A DNA stretch of 64,000 bases from Penicillus capitatus (lineage: Eukaryota > Plantae > Chlorophyta). Each line of letters starts with the position of its first letter. Within the stretch, counting starts at the first letter, position 1. The notes under the pieces were generated by a model. That model was not told the origin of the DNA. It worked only from the letters and a program-made list of their open reading frames with translations, and did no database searches. A program made the translations under genes and the position numbers. Of the stretch, positions 23,612 to 36,234 are shown in pieces. Location: positions 372,001-436,000 of the forward strand of contig OZ287695.1 in assembly GCA_965649825.1 (NCBI GenBank), given 5' to 3'.

Positions 23612-24520
23612 CTATCGCGCAAGAAAACAATAGGATGCCACAAGTGTAATCGTTGGAGGCATCAAGGCTTCGGAACTTAAACGGAGCGTTCCAAGAAATT
23701 GGGGGATCTGTACGTCCATGCTGTTGTGTGTCTCGTCCGTTCTGATAAGTTGAGGCAAGCAGATAGAAGTCTTCAACCTAGAGAGAGATGTAATGACGTG
23801 ACGTGTAGACATAGCGTCTGTCACCTGTTCCACGACTGTCCGTTCGGATCCACCCGACGTGGGGCCTGGATGATTGTCGGAATGGGCAGCAGCGCAAAAT
23901 GCGTGTTGACCAGTCCAACGGTCACGCCTAGGAGCACACGTCATCGGACGGCAGGAAGGGTGGGCGGACAGACCGGTGTATCCGGCAAAGACAGCATGAA
24001 CGGCTCCCTGTCCCAAGATGTTGCAGTAGACGCGATCGCCGCTGCAGGTCGGGATGGCGCGGATCATGTAAGCGGGATCGATGTACTTGATGTCGCGGTC
24101 ATGCTGGCAGAACAGAACGCAGCATTGGAGCGAACGGCATGGACGGCACTGCCTACTTCGAAGTACGTGCTCAGTTGCTCTCGCAGCAGGTCGCCTATCT
24201 CGTTCAGAACCGGATTCCCGAAGGCATCCTTCTGTCCGGACACGCCGATCATATCCTGACCAGCCCCTGCAGAGATGGGATCAGTGGTAGAGAGGAAGCT
24301 AGGAAGAAGGTGCCTTCCGCAACGTGTATGACGCAGTGCCCCTTCTTGGCGATCGCCGAGGCGACGTAGTCGTAGAGCCTATCGACGGAGAGAGGCACCT
24401 CGCGAATAAGACACACGTTAACCACGTCATCAGTGCAGCCTCGGGAATGCCGCCGTCGTTAGGAATCGGTTGCCCGCAGACATCGAACGCCTTTATGGCA
24501 ATGAAACCCGATTGAAACAC
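23612..24520 (-). pseudogene. PFK: 5'-truncated ATP-dependent 6-phosphofructokinase (plant PFK group) fragment with introns
   Basis: Spliced pieces [101 protein letters not shown]. The N-terminal half is absent and replaced by LINE sequence. Confidence 0.85.
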
Positions 24521-25785
24521 GATTAGATCATCTGCAGAACCTTGAAAATGATCAAAGTTACAGACCCTGCTTGCGTTTGCAAATTGAAGCTAACATCGAA
24601 GCAATTGTTGGTAGAAAGAGTCGGGTGAGTGATAAAAATAGGGATCCTTTTAACATCCTCCAAGAATATCCGTCTCCTGTTCGTCGTCCCCTTTGATCTT
24701 AATCGTTCCTGTATGGCCTCTGAAAATGAAGGAGGTTGTCCAATATATCCAATCAAGAGGCGCAAGTTGATTCGATTAAGCGATTGAGAAGCTGATCCAA
24801 TCTCTCCAAGTCAAATGCGCTTGTAATGTCTGCATTTAGTTAAAGAACATGGTCGACGCTACGAAGTGGAGTAGAGATTACACGAGAAAGCCGGCAATGC
24901 CACCTTCGTGCTTTGCTACATTGTAGGAGAAGATTGTTGTCCCAACTTCAGTTATCGCGATTTCTTCAAACTTTTGCACTCTTGATTGTTCATTCCAAAC
25001 ATGTTGTGTCCGAAGTAATAAGCATATCTGTTGTTTTAACGATTAATACGCTTTGACAAACCAGGTTTGGAGCTGTTCCATCTTTGAAATTTGTTATCGA
25101 AGTCTCTTGTGAAAGCTTACCGTGCAGAACAGCTTCGTCTGCAGCTCGGAGGACCTTACTAGATGAAGAGTTTTACTTGATTGCCCACGGGTTGTAACTT
25201 ATACAGGTTGTAACGAGTAGTGCATGACATGTGCTGGGACATAGACCACACGGAGAGGTGAATGAATAACATATTGCCGTCATTAATCGATCAAGCATGC
25301 CGGGGATTATGTCCGGGAAACTCTTAAAACGCCTTGCATTCGCGCGATGACTTTGCCGCAGTTCGCCGGCGAACCTTTTTGTCATCGACCGACAAAGCGA
25401 CAAAGCCATTCTAAAGTTTGTATGAAAGCGAGTTTCTTTTGGAGCAAGATAGGTTGAGAAAAGATGAGCTCAATACAAGACTGGAGAAAGTAGGATTGAT
25501 GGGTGCGAAGTATTCATTGCACACCAGTTACGGTTCTGTGTAGATCGTACAAGTCGACTGTTGATTGAAAATGGACCGCTAGCGTTGCAGACAACATTAT
25601 CGCAGCAACAAACGTTATAGATGACAGATCCGATCCTGCAGCAAACGACGCACAGTTACCGAAGACAAAGTCGGCGAAAACAGACAGCTAATTCAGAAAT
25701 CACAAGTTAGACGCAAAGACACACTTTTGATAAAGAAGCAAGCTCTTTTGTCACAACGGGCTTTACGCTTAGGTAGGTGTGGCAT
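24521..25785 (-). mobile_element. Decayed LINE (non-LTR) copy A
   Basis: Minus frames: EEIAITEVGTTIF, LNADITSAFDLERLDQLLNRL (LD..KAFD), GSADDLTCF (ADD). Shares sequence with 48160-48885, 59620-59900 and 60830-60920. Shares the end cttaggtaggtgtg with 48885. Confidence 0.75.
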
Positions 25786-26199
25786 GGCTTTTATCCCCGT
25801 CAATTTAGTCGTCAGTTTTAGCTTAACCTTGTACATCAACGTTCCGTCGTTTACTGTCGACTCTTACTAGCCAGATTTAGCGTGTAAACATCCAGTCCGC
25901 TTTCCGATCGATTAGGGACCATCAACAGATACCTCGAGTTTGTCTGAGCGATTTGCTCTATCATTGCTACCGAAGACACGGTTATGCGAACGAACAATGC
26001 AAAGTGGCGTTTTAATGCCGTCTTGACACGTACTATACTTCCCGTATGGAGTGGCAATGGACCCAGTGTGGCATGGGAATTCTCCGATCTCGAGGAAGAA
26101 AGAAATTTCTCCTCGATTACCGTCACCAAAATAGTAGGTTCTAAACGCCCGTGTGGTTTCCCGCAAAACTGTCTATTAGTTTAAAAAAAGATGAAGATC

Positions 26200-26700
26200 G
26201 TGTGCTTAATAATAATGCCGGCTTCTGAGTTATCATTCGAAAAAACGAGCTTGCCAGGCCGGCGAGCCCTTGCGCCAGATTGGTGGCATTTTAACGGCGG
26301 CTAGATGGTTGCCTTCCGTGAAGTTAGTGATGCAAGATACCTTGAGAAAGGGTGTCGGGAATCAAGGGCATTAGCGAGGAACACCTCGTATCAAGAAAGA
26401 CAGTGCACTGTTTGATGTTTCAAATATTTGCATAGGCCTTCGACAGTCGAGGGCGATGATTCTTCCGATTCAAGTCGACAGATAGGGTGTGCGCGGCATC
26501 GTGCCAATCAGGCAGGTTGCTGATACTAAGGTATCGCCGTTAATGTCAGGGGAGGGAGCGTGTCTTCTACACAATGCGAGAAGAATTGCGAAGCTAACAC
26601 AAGACCCGAATATAGGAAACAACTCGTATGATTGGTTCTTTGAGTTACGTCGATACTCTGCTTTAGACATCGAATTGAGCAAGGACTTCTGAAAACGACA
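26200..26700 (+). mobile_element. Possible LINE RT remnant
   Basis: FQIFA*AFDS (about 26420-26450, resembling DF.KAFDS), followed by GVRGIV and LTQDPNIG-like segments. Very degenerate. Confidence 0.3.
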
Positions 26701-27099
26701 CAGGCGTATTTGGGCGTCGCTTTTCAGGATTCGTCGTGATTAGCTTCTTGCGCGTTTGTGTTACAGGAAAGTAAACAGCAAATCATGATTTTGAGGTCGA
26801 CTACTTTGGAAGCGTTGTTTAAGATGTGTGATATCTATGCTTGTATCAAATAGAACTTGATGCAACGGTGCAACGTGTTTGAGATTGGCTGACTCGGGCT
26901 AGACAAAACAGGCGATGGATTGCATCTAGCAAACTTAAAGTGGTTTTGCACAATTCGCTTGTTTGTGCAGATCCAAAAGAAGGAAACGCAGAGTCATTGC
27001 TTTCTTTATGATAACGACATAGAGAGTGTCTTCGATAGACTTCTGCTTTCCGACACTATTCCTTTAGACAAGTTCATCGACATCTAGAGATACCATCAT

Positions 27100-27620
27100 A
27101 CTACCTAACTCGACAGTACTGTCCTCATATGGCGCGCTCGACGTTAAACTACTAGATGCAGTCTTCTTAGAGACATAGTGTCTGTACGTTTCGGGAGGCC
27201 GACATTCTTGGCAGCGTCCAAAACGGTATCGAAAAATCACCGGTGGCCTTCTTACGGCACCTTAAGAGCGTACGCAAACGCATCTACTGTTAAGTATCAG
27301 GCGTCAAACGTGGCAAGAGAGCCATTTCTTGCGACGAAGAGAGATATCGCATACGGGCTGTGAGCGAACTCCGTGCACTGCCCACTTTTTAGACATATGC
27401 TCGGCGTCTGTCCCAACGACGATCGCCTGCTCTACGGCGATATGTCCTTCCGAACATCCGACATGGCTTAAGCGCGCCATTGTACGACGTCGCCTGGGCT
27501 GTCGCGTCTGGCTGATCGCGACTGAGGGTGGCCACTGGAGGAGGCGCTTCTCAAGTCGTACGGACGGGACGTCTTTTCGCGACACCATGTATCTTCCTTT
27601 GCCATTCAAAACGACCTGCG
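27100..27620 (+). mobile_element. Decayed Ty3/Gypsy RT remnant
   Basis: Ordered degenerate motifs: AFLRHLKS (SK.DLKS), KRAISCDEERY (KTAF....Y), LRALPTF..HM (NAPATFQR.M), LLYGDM (YxDD position), VFSRHHVS (FLGH.VS). Frameshifted. Confidence 0.45.
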
Positions 27621-27998
27621 ATACCCGATGCGTTACAACAACTAACCAACTGTCATTTCATAAATTATCCGCTTCCGGCTCACACAAAATCCAAGGTGGA
27701 AACCGATGAAAAAATTGCGATCCGTACCGACTGGTTCAAAACGAAATCCACAACACCCGATGCCTCGTGCACCGAATGTCACTAGTAAACGAGATCAAGC
27801 ACTCGTTAGCGTCCACCTTGTCACTAACGCATGATTTCACAATCGTCTTTACGCCTGTCCTTTCATCTTCGTATGTTCCAGGCAGAATATAAAAAAGGTG
27901 ACGGAGTCCCACAGTTGTCATTGAGCCAAGTCGAGCGATGGAGATAGATTGCGGCTAGACCCCCACGGTTAAAGAAACGGGAATTCAGTTAGAGATCG

Positions 27999-30900
27999 TT
28001 AGGTCATTTTGTGCGTAGGGAATTCGTTCTTCAAGTACCTCTTGATTTCTTTCGCAGCGACACGCGTACACTTACGGTTGCGTTCTGCGGCTGTGCACAC
28101 GATATCGCGAGGGAGCTTGTCCTCTGCGTTCTTCATCGTCCTGGACGCCCCGCCCTCCTCGATAAGGATCTGTCACATCATTCGCATCGTCAGAGCCCAG
28201 ATTCAGAATGCAGACCGTGTACCTGAACAGCTCTCTCGTTGCCGTACTTTGCGGCGTAATGAAGTGCGGTCATCTGATCGCTGTCGACGGCGTCCACTTC
28301 TGCCTCTTTCTCGATGAGACTCTTCACGGGCAATCATCTGCATCGTGCTGCACAGAGGTCGAGGCTTACTCTTATGATCGAGTCAGATCCCCCGATAGCC
28401 GCCAGCATCAGCGCCGTCTTATGCTTCAGATCTTCGGCATTGACATTCGCACCACGTTCGACGACCACCTGTCGGTTTCGCAAATACAACGACGGTTGCG
28501 AACGGCTCAGCATACGTACGTGTACAACGGATCTGTGATCACTGTTGGCCGCGACGAGAAGAGCGGTCCTTCCATCGGAATTGGCCTCTTCGATGCCTGC
28601 CCCGTATTTGAGAAGGACCTTCAGGAATGGCCGTCGTCATTTTGCAGTCTGGAGACGGAAACAGCTTCACCTCTACGAGATGAGCAGAGCCATGGCGCGC
28701 TGCGTAGTGAATAGGGGCTCCCCAATAGCACTGGGCATTCACGTCTGCTCCGTATTTCAAGAGCAGCTACACGTTTCCATAGCCCAAAGCGTTTTGGCGT
28801 GCCGCTGGTCGTACCTCTGCTATGTCGACGTATCCCTCGTCGGATGCAATATGAAGTGGCGTCTGTTTGTCCTCGTTGGCGACATCCACCGTGGCTCCCG
28901 CCTCTATGAGTTCCTTCGAGGGGAGTTCGTCAATTCAGAAGCTCCGACAATGGCTGGCTATCTTACTCTTGCGATCTCCGCTCTTCCGTTAAATGCCGCA
29001 ATGTGGAGTGCCGTTTCTTCCCTGTAGTCCGCAGCGTCGAGGGAAACACCGCTCTGGATGAGCGCCTTCAGACAACGACATCATCTATCGGGCCCTTCAG
29101 AACGTCAGCCAGACGCACCGTCACATCCAGTTTCTGTCCAGTAAACGCAGCCATATGAAGTGCCGTCTGTTTCTTGGAACTGGCAGCATTGACGTCGGCA
29201 CCTGACTTAAGCAATAACTACAAGCATCGACAGTCAGTTGTCCCTTCCAGCACATCCGTTGATCGTACGAAGATGATTGCGGATCTTCTTCTTCTGATCG
29301 CGTGATGCAGTGCCGTATAGCGTCTTCTGTCCGTCGCATCGATGGAGATCCCTTGCCGAATAAGCGCCTTCGAACAACGATAGCCCATTCGCATGTCTTA
29401 GTGCGTCTCGGGGATACCTCTACGGAGTCAATCTGTCCTTCGTCTACTGCGATGTGAAGCGCCGTCTGTTTCTTGGAATCGCTGGCGTTGATGTCGGCTC
29501 CTGCCTTGACGAGTTTCTGCAACGGATCGCCACTTATGCATTTCGGTTTTCAGAACATTCAGTGTTCTCACTCTGATGATCGCGACGTTCCCCATAGCGG
29601 CGGCAATGTGCAGTGCCGTCCAACCGTCGGCATTGCCAGCGTTGATCGAAGCGCCTGCACTGGCGAGCACCTTCAATGAAGCGCCGCCATTTACGAACGC
29701 GTACCGAGTGCATTTGCCTCACCTCTATGGCATCCGTCTGTCCGTTTGCTACAGCAAGGTGCAATGCTGCCTGTCCGTCGTTGTCCAAGGCATCGATTTC
29801 CGCTCCCTTGGCGATGACAGCCTGCCGAGAACACTCTTCGATGGACATGCACGCAGGACAAGCACTTGACGCACTTTCATGGTCTTTGTGTGCCCTCCTG
29901 CCGTTGCAACGTGAAGCGCCGTCTGACCGTGAGCATTGACGCTCTCGATTGGTGCCCCCAAAAGCAAGAGTGCCTTTAGCAACCCCGTCATCAGTGGTTG
30001 GGAAGTCTGAACGTGTGTCGGCCGCACCTTCACCGTCTTAGTCTCTCCGTTCGCTGCTGCCAAGTGCAGGGCTGTCTGTCCATCGCTATCGAGCGGGTCG
30101 ATCGTCGCTCCTCCGTCGACGAGTTCCTGCATTGCACCGTCTTAAGTTCACTAGCATTCCATACCCGCACAGATCTCGCCTCCATCGTCTTTATGTGTCC
30201 GCTAGCTGCCGCCACGTGAAGCGCCGTCTGGCCCTGAGCGTTGAAGCTGTCGATTGGTGCGCCCAAACGAATGAGCTCCTGGAAGGTCACATCATCTGTA
30301 CATAAGAGAGTCCTTGTGCTTGTCGAACGCACCCTCATCGTCTCGATATGTCCATTTGCCGCTGCCAAGTGCAATGCTGTCTGTCCGTCACCATCAAGCG
30401 CATTGATCGTCGCCCCTCTGTTAATGAGCTCCTTCAAATGACCGTCTTGCCTTCACGACCTCCCAAGGAGAGTAACGGCTCTCACTGTCGTGGTCTCTGT
30501 GTGTCCGTTCGCTGCCGCAACGTGGAGTGTTGTCTGTCCATGAGTATTGACACTGTCGATCGGTGCCCCAGCAGCAATGAGCTCCTTCAAGGGTCGCCCG
30601 TGGGCCAAACGCCAAATGTGAGTAACGGAGGCACCTTCACGGCATCCGTTTGTCCATCTGCTGCTGCGAGGTGCAATGCCGTCTGTCCATCACCATCGAA
30701 AGCCTCGATCTTCACGCCTTGCCCGAAGAGCACCTTGGATGAACCACCACTGACCCGCCATCACACGACACGAGCATCGCTAGCACCTTCATCGTCTTTG
30801 TATGCCCGTTGGCCGCTGCGACGTGAAGCGCCGTCTGACCCTGAACGTTGACGCTGTTGATCGGAGCCCCAGCGCCAACGAGCTCCTTAAAGGTATAGCC

Positions 30901-33504
30901 ATCAGGACGTAGAAATGCGGATGGTGTGTCTAACGCACCTTTAGGGCATCGGTTTGTCCATTCGCTGCTGCGAGGTGCAGGGATGTCTGTCCATCGCCAT
31001 CGAGAGCATTGATCCTCGCCCCTTTATCGATGAGCACCTGCAGGTGCCGCCTTGAGCACACGATTCTCAGAGCAGCGACGGTCTCACTCTCATCGTCTCT
31101 GTGTGTCCGTTTGCTGCGGCAACGTGAAGTGGCGTCTGATAACGAGCGTTGTTGCCGTCGATCGGTGCCCCCACACGAACGAGCTCCTTCAAAGTCACAT
31201 CATCCGTTTGTGAGATCTGCGAGATGATCATCTGTCCTACGCTTGTCATGTGCGTCTGTCCACTTTCAACAGCAATGTGCAAAGCCATCTGTCCGGCAGC
31301 GTTCAGGGCATCGATCACCGCGCCAGCGTCGATGAGTTTCTGCAGGAAAGCGCCGTTCGTTGATGACATCAAAGAGACATGGGCGCGACCAGTGCGATTT
31401 CGACGTTGCTCTTTTCCACCGCGATATGCAGCGGCATGTTTCCGCCACTCGCTGCGTTGACATCAGCTTCGTTGTCGATCAGCACCTGCAGGCATGTGTA
31501 CGGAACACAGAATTTGCCAAGGCCTCTTGGATATACCTTGGCTATTTCGTCGAACTCTTTCTGCACTGCCGCAAACAGTGGCGTCGATCCGTCGTTGCTG
31601 GCAATGTCTAGGTTCGCACGGAAACGGATGAGAACCTGCGAAAGGGCGTGTTGCCTGAAGAGAGGAACAGACGTCATTCATTCTGAGTTACTTTGGCGGC
31701 GTCGATTCCATTCGTCGCCGCAGCGATGTACAGACTTGTGTGTCCACTGGAGTCGGCAGCATCGACATCAGCACCGTTCTCCAGAAGAATCTAGACGCAA
31801 TACAGCGAGGGCAAGGAATGAGCAGGTCGGCGGAAGATGGCTGGACTGTTGTCGGTGTTACCTGCATGATCTTCAGCGCTTTGCTGATAACGGCGTAGTG
31901 AAGCAGCGTCGCGCCAGAGGCGAGATTGGCACTTGATGCCGTCTCTCTGTGGTGGAGCTCGACGTCGGCGCTCAAGCCCTGTTCTAAGACCAAGAGGGCG
32001 GTGTCAGGATCATGGTCCCTGATGGCAACGATCATTTTCTGAGGGGCAGCGAAAGAACTTGGAGATGGCATAGCGCTGGTGTTTGCGTACATTGTACTTT
32101 GACTCTGGCGATGGAGGCGGGGGAGATGGGGAAGGAGCCGGCTGTTGCGATGTCGAAGGAACTTCCGAGGGGAAAGAAGGTTTCTTCTTTGTTGTCTTTG
32201 TCTTCTTCTCACACGTCTAGAGTAACAGACATGCATACAGTCGACATTGGCCATCGAAAACGCGTAGAGTCCTGGCAGGTGGTTGAGCCAGCAACCAGGA
32301 TAGAGATGTGAGATGGTGGATAGCACAGGACCCACCTCGCATTTTTCGCAGAGATGTGGATCAGATGGGAGCGGCAGCCACTCTTTCACGTTGCACTTGC
32401 TCGGCGGAGTCTTGCCAGCCATCGTCTTCAGAATCCAATCCCTGTAGTACGCGACGCTGGTTTGAATCGAACACTCTCCGTATCCCTGAGGCTCGGGATC
32501 GAATGACGTGACGCCGACCACCAGATCCTCGCTGGGAGTCCCCTCTCCAACAGCGCACGGCACATCGGCCAACACAAGGGGACCCCCGTCCAGACCTTAG
32601 AGCACACGAGCGCTGAGGTTCAGCTGGGCGTCCCACCCTCCCACCTGTCTTCTGCTTAGCCTCTTCCCCGCAGAAACAGAGCCAGCCGTTTCCGGGGACT
32701 TCCTTGCCCTTGCCTCGACACTCTCTGCGCGGAGACCGGTGCATCGACAGGTAGCTCTGATATCCGCAGCTGTTCGAACTGCCGTCGCCGATTTCCCATC
32801 CAGGCGTCAGCATGTCCTTCTTTCCCAGAACCATTCCATTCCGAAACAGCCGTGGCGTCTTCAGACGCGCCGCCTTGTCAAGTTTGAGCATGGCCAGATC
32901 AGAGCCTCTGGAGACGTTCCCCGTCCAGCCTCTGTGGATGTAGGCATCTTCGACGTGGAATCTCTGTCGCCCAACGAGGCCGAATCAGCGACAGCGTTTC
33001 GTCCGTGATGGCTCACTTTCTTCTCAGTGGTCGTGTTGACCTGATAGATGCCGCAGTACACAGTCGGGTAGCAGCCGACGGAGCCTTCGAAGTTCGGGTC
33101 GACGCAGTGCGCCGCCGTCAGGACCCATCGCTCGCCCACGAGTGCGGCTGTGCACTCGTGCTTCCGGGTACCGGCCATTCGCAGACTGCATAGGTACGGA
33201 AATCTTCCCGGAGAACCTTCAACTCTGTGACACAGCCCGTTCTCGCCGTCGGTCACATCGCCGCGCGACGCCGTCGAGATTTCCCCGTCGCCGTAGGAAA
33301 CGAGCGAAACGAATCCGCCTCGACGGCCAAACTCTAGACAGAAGCAGTCTTAGGGTCAACCGGCATGATACCATCGATGGCACCTGAACTGGCGAATGTC
33401 GGGCTAGGCGAATACAGCAACGCGCAAAGCAATAGAATCGCAAACGCGCGACTACTTTTCTTGAGACGGCACATTCTACTTGAAAAAACGTATGATGCAA
33501 ACAT
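27999..33504 (-). CDS. Trypsin-ankyrin fusion copy 3: dead S1A domain (GLDGGP) with the longest ankyrin array (about two dozen exons)
   Basis: ATG 33504 MFASYVFSSRMCRLKKSSRAFAILLLCALLYSPSPTFA. WVLTAAHC. Spliced KQKT-GLDGGP. Linker SQQPAPSPSPPPPSPE. Ankyrin exons from about 32.0 to 28.2 kb. Ends IVCTAAERNRKCTRVAAKEIKRYLKNEFPTHKMT* (TAA 28001-27999). Confidence 0.87.
29700..31350 (-). repeat. Alternating A/B ankyrin exon array in copy 3
   Basis: Exons alternate between a ..ID/NALDGDGQTALHLAAANG.. type and a GAPID/N..NA.GQTALHVAA..GH type, at about 150-nt spacing (about 300-nt dimer period). Confidence 0.8.
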
Positions 33505-33869
33505 GACTGACTGCCTCGAACGACTAAACACACTAATCTGAAAGACGCATGCAGACCAACGATTTGGTCGCTCCTTTCTATTTTGGTCCTGAAGGCTTCG
33601 AAGCTTCTCTGCTGCGAATTCAAACACGACGCCATCTTGTCGATTGTTGGCTGCCATAGAATTCATACGTCAATAGCCAGCGTAAGCACTTCACCGCGAC
33701 GGCGGTATCGGACACGTGCTGATAACGTATCCTCGCACTCGTCTGTCACGAGATACTGTATCGTCGCCAACATATCGATGTTCTAAACTGTACGACTGTT
33801 CCCACTCAGGTAGCAGATCGTTTCATCGACGGACTGCGCCTTTCTGGCTTGTCTTTTCGGCTGGAGTGG

Positions 33870-34030
33870 CATGTTCCTTAGTCCTCTGTCTGAAAATCGT
33901 GATGCTGAGCAGAAGACCATCCGCCGCCTCGTTGTCTCCGATAGGCAGCGTTTCATCCTCTTGTGCTGAGACCTGGAAAATCGTGTGACGCCCACGACAG
34001 ACGGTTATGCAGACGCAAATGTCGTACGAC
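33870..34030 (+). pseudogene. Relic of the linker of a plus-strand trypsin-ankyrin gene
   Basis: Similar to 15985-16125. Translates SAASLSPIGSV, resembling SSLPSIGSV in the 50-kb gene (about 51360). Confidence 0.45.
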
Positions 34031-34757
34031 GGTTTGCTGTCGCATCGCGTCTGATAGGAGCTGTCTTTCGATCAGCTTTCTCCATGATTCGGAGGGAACC
34101 TTCGAAGCGATCGCTGGATTTCTGAACGGAAAACACGTCGGTGAGGTCGAGAACAGACCAAAGGCAACCGATCCTCGCTCTGTATGATGGCGGGTTCTCA
34201 ACATCGAGAGAACTTGCGCGCGAAGCACCTGCCACGTGCCGACGGACGGCGCAAAAGAGAGCATGCATTTTAGAAGCTGTGTGGCCTTAAGATGTATAAG
34301 ATCACCATTTCCAGCAGCCTGCAGACAAGACTTCATCGCGTGAGATATATTTCCACCGAAACGCAGCTTCTGTTTGCAGCACCCTAGCCACCAAGTGCGC
34401 ATGCGACAGCGCCTTACCTGGTAACCTCATTTCATGCGAAACGCTACAGGCCTCGCCCGTTGCTCGCTACCGTCGGCGATCTTCTCAAACAGACGAGACG
34501 CGTTTCTACGAAACAGAACGCACGCACCGTCTTCCTCCTGTACACCTGACAATCACCTTCTCGCTGTATTCGACTCCCCATTTCGTCTCATCCTTGGCGA
34601 GCAGAGCTGAACCGCTGTCTCCGTCGCCCACTCTTAACGATCTCGGTGGCGCCACTCATCATCCGTTGGCACCTGCGGCTGCGCCGTCTCAGATGCAGTC
34701 CATTGACGTCATCATTCCGCTGTCGACTTGTCCTTCTCTCACGCCGCGTCGTTCGCG

Positions 34758-35107
34758 ATGAGTTTCTTCCTTGACTTTATCGGCGACGTCATTGCGAATT
34801 GTATGCAAGACCCGGAGGAGAACAAACGTGTCTGGGACGAGCACATTCGCAGAGTCGAGGCCAAGGCACAGAAGAGGCAGGACACTTCCGACTGACCCTT
34901 TCCTACGCGACCTGTTCTAGACTCGAAGTCTGGAATTCGCCAAAGTACTCGTGGGGCTACTGGCGCAACAAATTTCGCAATGCGATCGTAAGATCCTCAA
35001 CCCGACTGCTCTTCCTCGACGCCGGTCTGTTTGTACAGTACGAGCAGAAGCTCCATCCGGCATATAAGGAGTACCCTGGCAGAAGGGATACCAAGTCGGA
35101 CTATTGA
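34758..35107 (+). CDS. Mitochondrial complex I plant/algal subunit P1 (At1g67350-like), 84 aa, 3 exons
   Basis: Exons 34758-34876, 34921-34987 and 35039-35107 (first intron GC-AG) splice in frame to MSFFLDFIGDVIANCMQDPEENKRVWDEHIRRVEAKAQKRLEVWNSPKYSWGYWRNKFRNAIYEQKLHPAYKEYPGRRDTKSDY. This matches the recalled P1 pattern M.F..eF......ME.PEE....EH......K...W..P...GFW.....N........GRRD. Confidence 0.82.
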
Positions 35108-35620
35108 CACTCTTGCCACTGTCCCGCCGCCAAGATGTCGATTATCGAGGGACCGATGATGACGGTCCTTATCCCAATCTTAAATTTCAGCTGTTTTCCT
35201 CTTGGCCAGCACTGTCCGAAACATAACGCACGAGGGCCTCTCGGCGGCGGCGGCGCCGCCGCCATTCTCGCCGATCTTGACAGAGCATAGGCGAGATACC
35301 CAGGCAGGTACGGTGTGAGATGCTTGGTCGTCGCGTCGGGGGGCTATGTTTCGCGGGAGGTTGTTCCTGGGAACGTTTTCTCAGCGAAACGCTTCGTTTC
35401 TTACAAACAAAGCAACAGATCTGCGAAAGGTCTTAACCACAAATGCCGCCGTTCGGCTGATAGACACCGTCCGTCGTGTTCGTGTCAAAGATCGATCGCC
35501 TTGGACGAAACAAACAAATAGCAGCTGAATGCTATGCCTCGCTACACACGATAGCCCATCTGTCCCATCAACAGACAGATCGGTCGCTATGGCGCACAGG
35601 ACAGAGGCAGAACGAAGCAA

Positions 35621-36157
35621 CTAGTGTCGAGCAGCGGCAGGCAGATAATCAGAGCTAGATGCATCTCCCTGTGTCCCATCCATAGCTCTCATCGAGCTGC
35701 GCGTGACACCCTTACACCAAAAGCGACTGTCAAAGAGTAACAAGTGTGACCAGCCACATACCTGGAGGAATTGCTCCTGGATCTCCGAATCCCCAGAGAT
35801 CACACGATCCAGCTGCTTCTCCTGTCGGCGACCTTCTGCCGCCGATCTCTTCTCCCTGCTGACAGAATCCTGCACACAGGCGAGGTAGGTCTCCGGGGAA
35901 AAGGCGTGAGATATCATACGGCGTGCGACGCTCTTCCGGAGGCGGAGTGTGTTCCGTCCGATGGCCTTCGTTTAGAAGACTCGGCTGGGACAGCATCTGT
36001 CGTTCTCTCCTCTGCGACACACATCGATGGACGTCGTCTGCGGTGCACTGCCGATGGTACTTGTCGTTTGTGATAGATGCGAGGATCGATCGTTCTCTCC
36101 CGTCTGCCAGGAGCTTTTGCTTTCCAGAGGAAACTGTCCGGTCGGCGTCGGATTCAT
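35621..36157 (-). CDS. Hypothetical 128-aa hydrophilic protein, 4 exons
   Basis: Exons 36157-36061, 36011-35920, 35869-35762 and 35710-35621 are joined by GT-AG introns of 49, 50 and 51 nt. The spliced frame stays open to TAG. No recognisable domain. Confidence 0.65.
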
Positions 36158-36234
36158 GAAGTCCGCGGTTCCTGGCACGTGTGCCGAGGGGCGTGAGGCA
36201 GGCACGGACCCACGGGTCGATTCTTCGTCTCCCT

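Noticed and set aside
24520-25100. Possible Polinton/protein-primed DNA polymerase remnant (NLYS-like motif)
   Set aside because: Other frames give clear non-LTR RT motifs (DITSAFD, QGS, ADD), as does the paralogue at 59.6-60.9 kb.
34405-34425. cttacctgg resembling the U1 snRNA 5' end
   Set aside because: Only 9 nt match, with no downstream U1 stems or Sm site.
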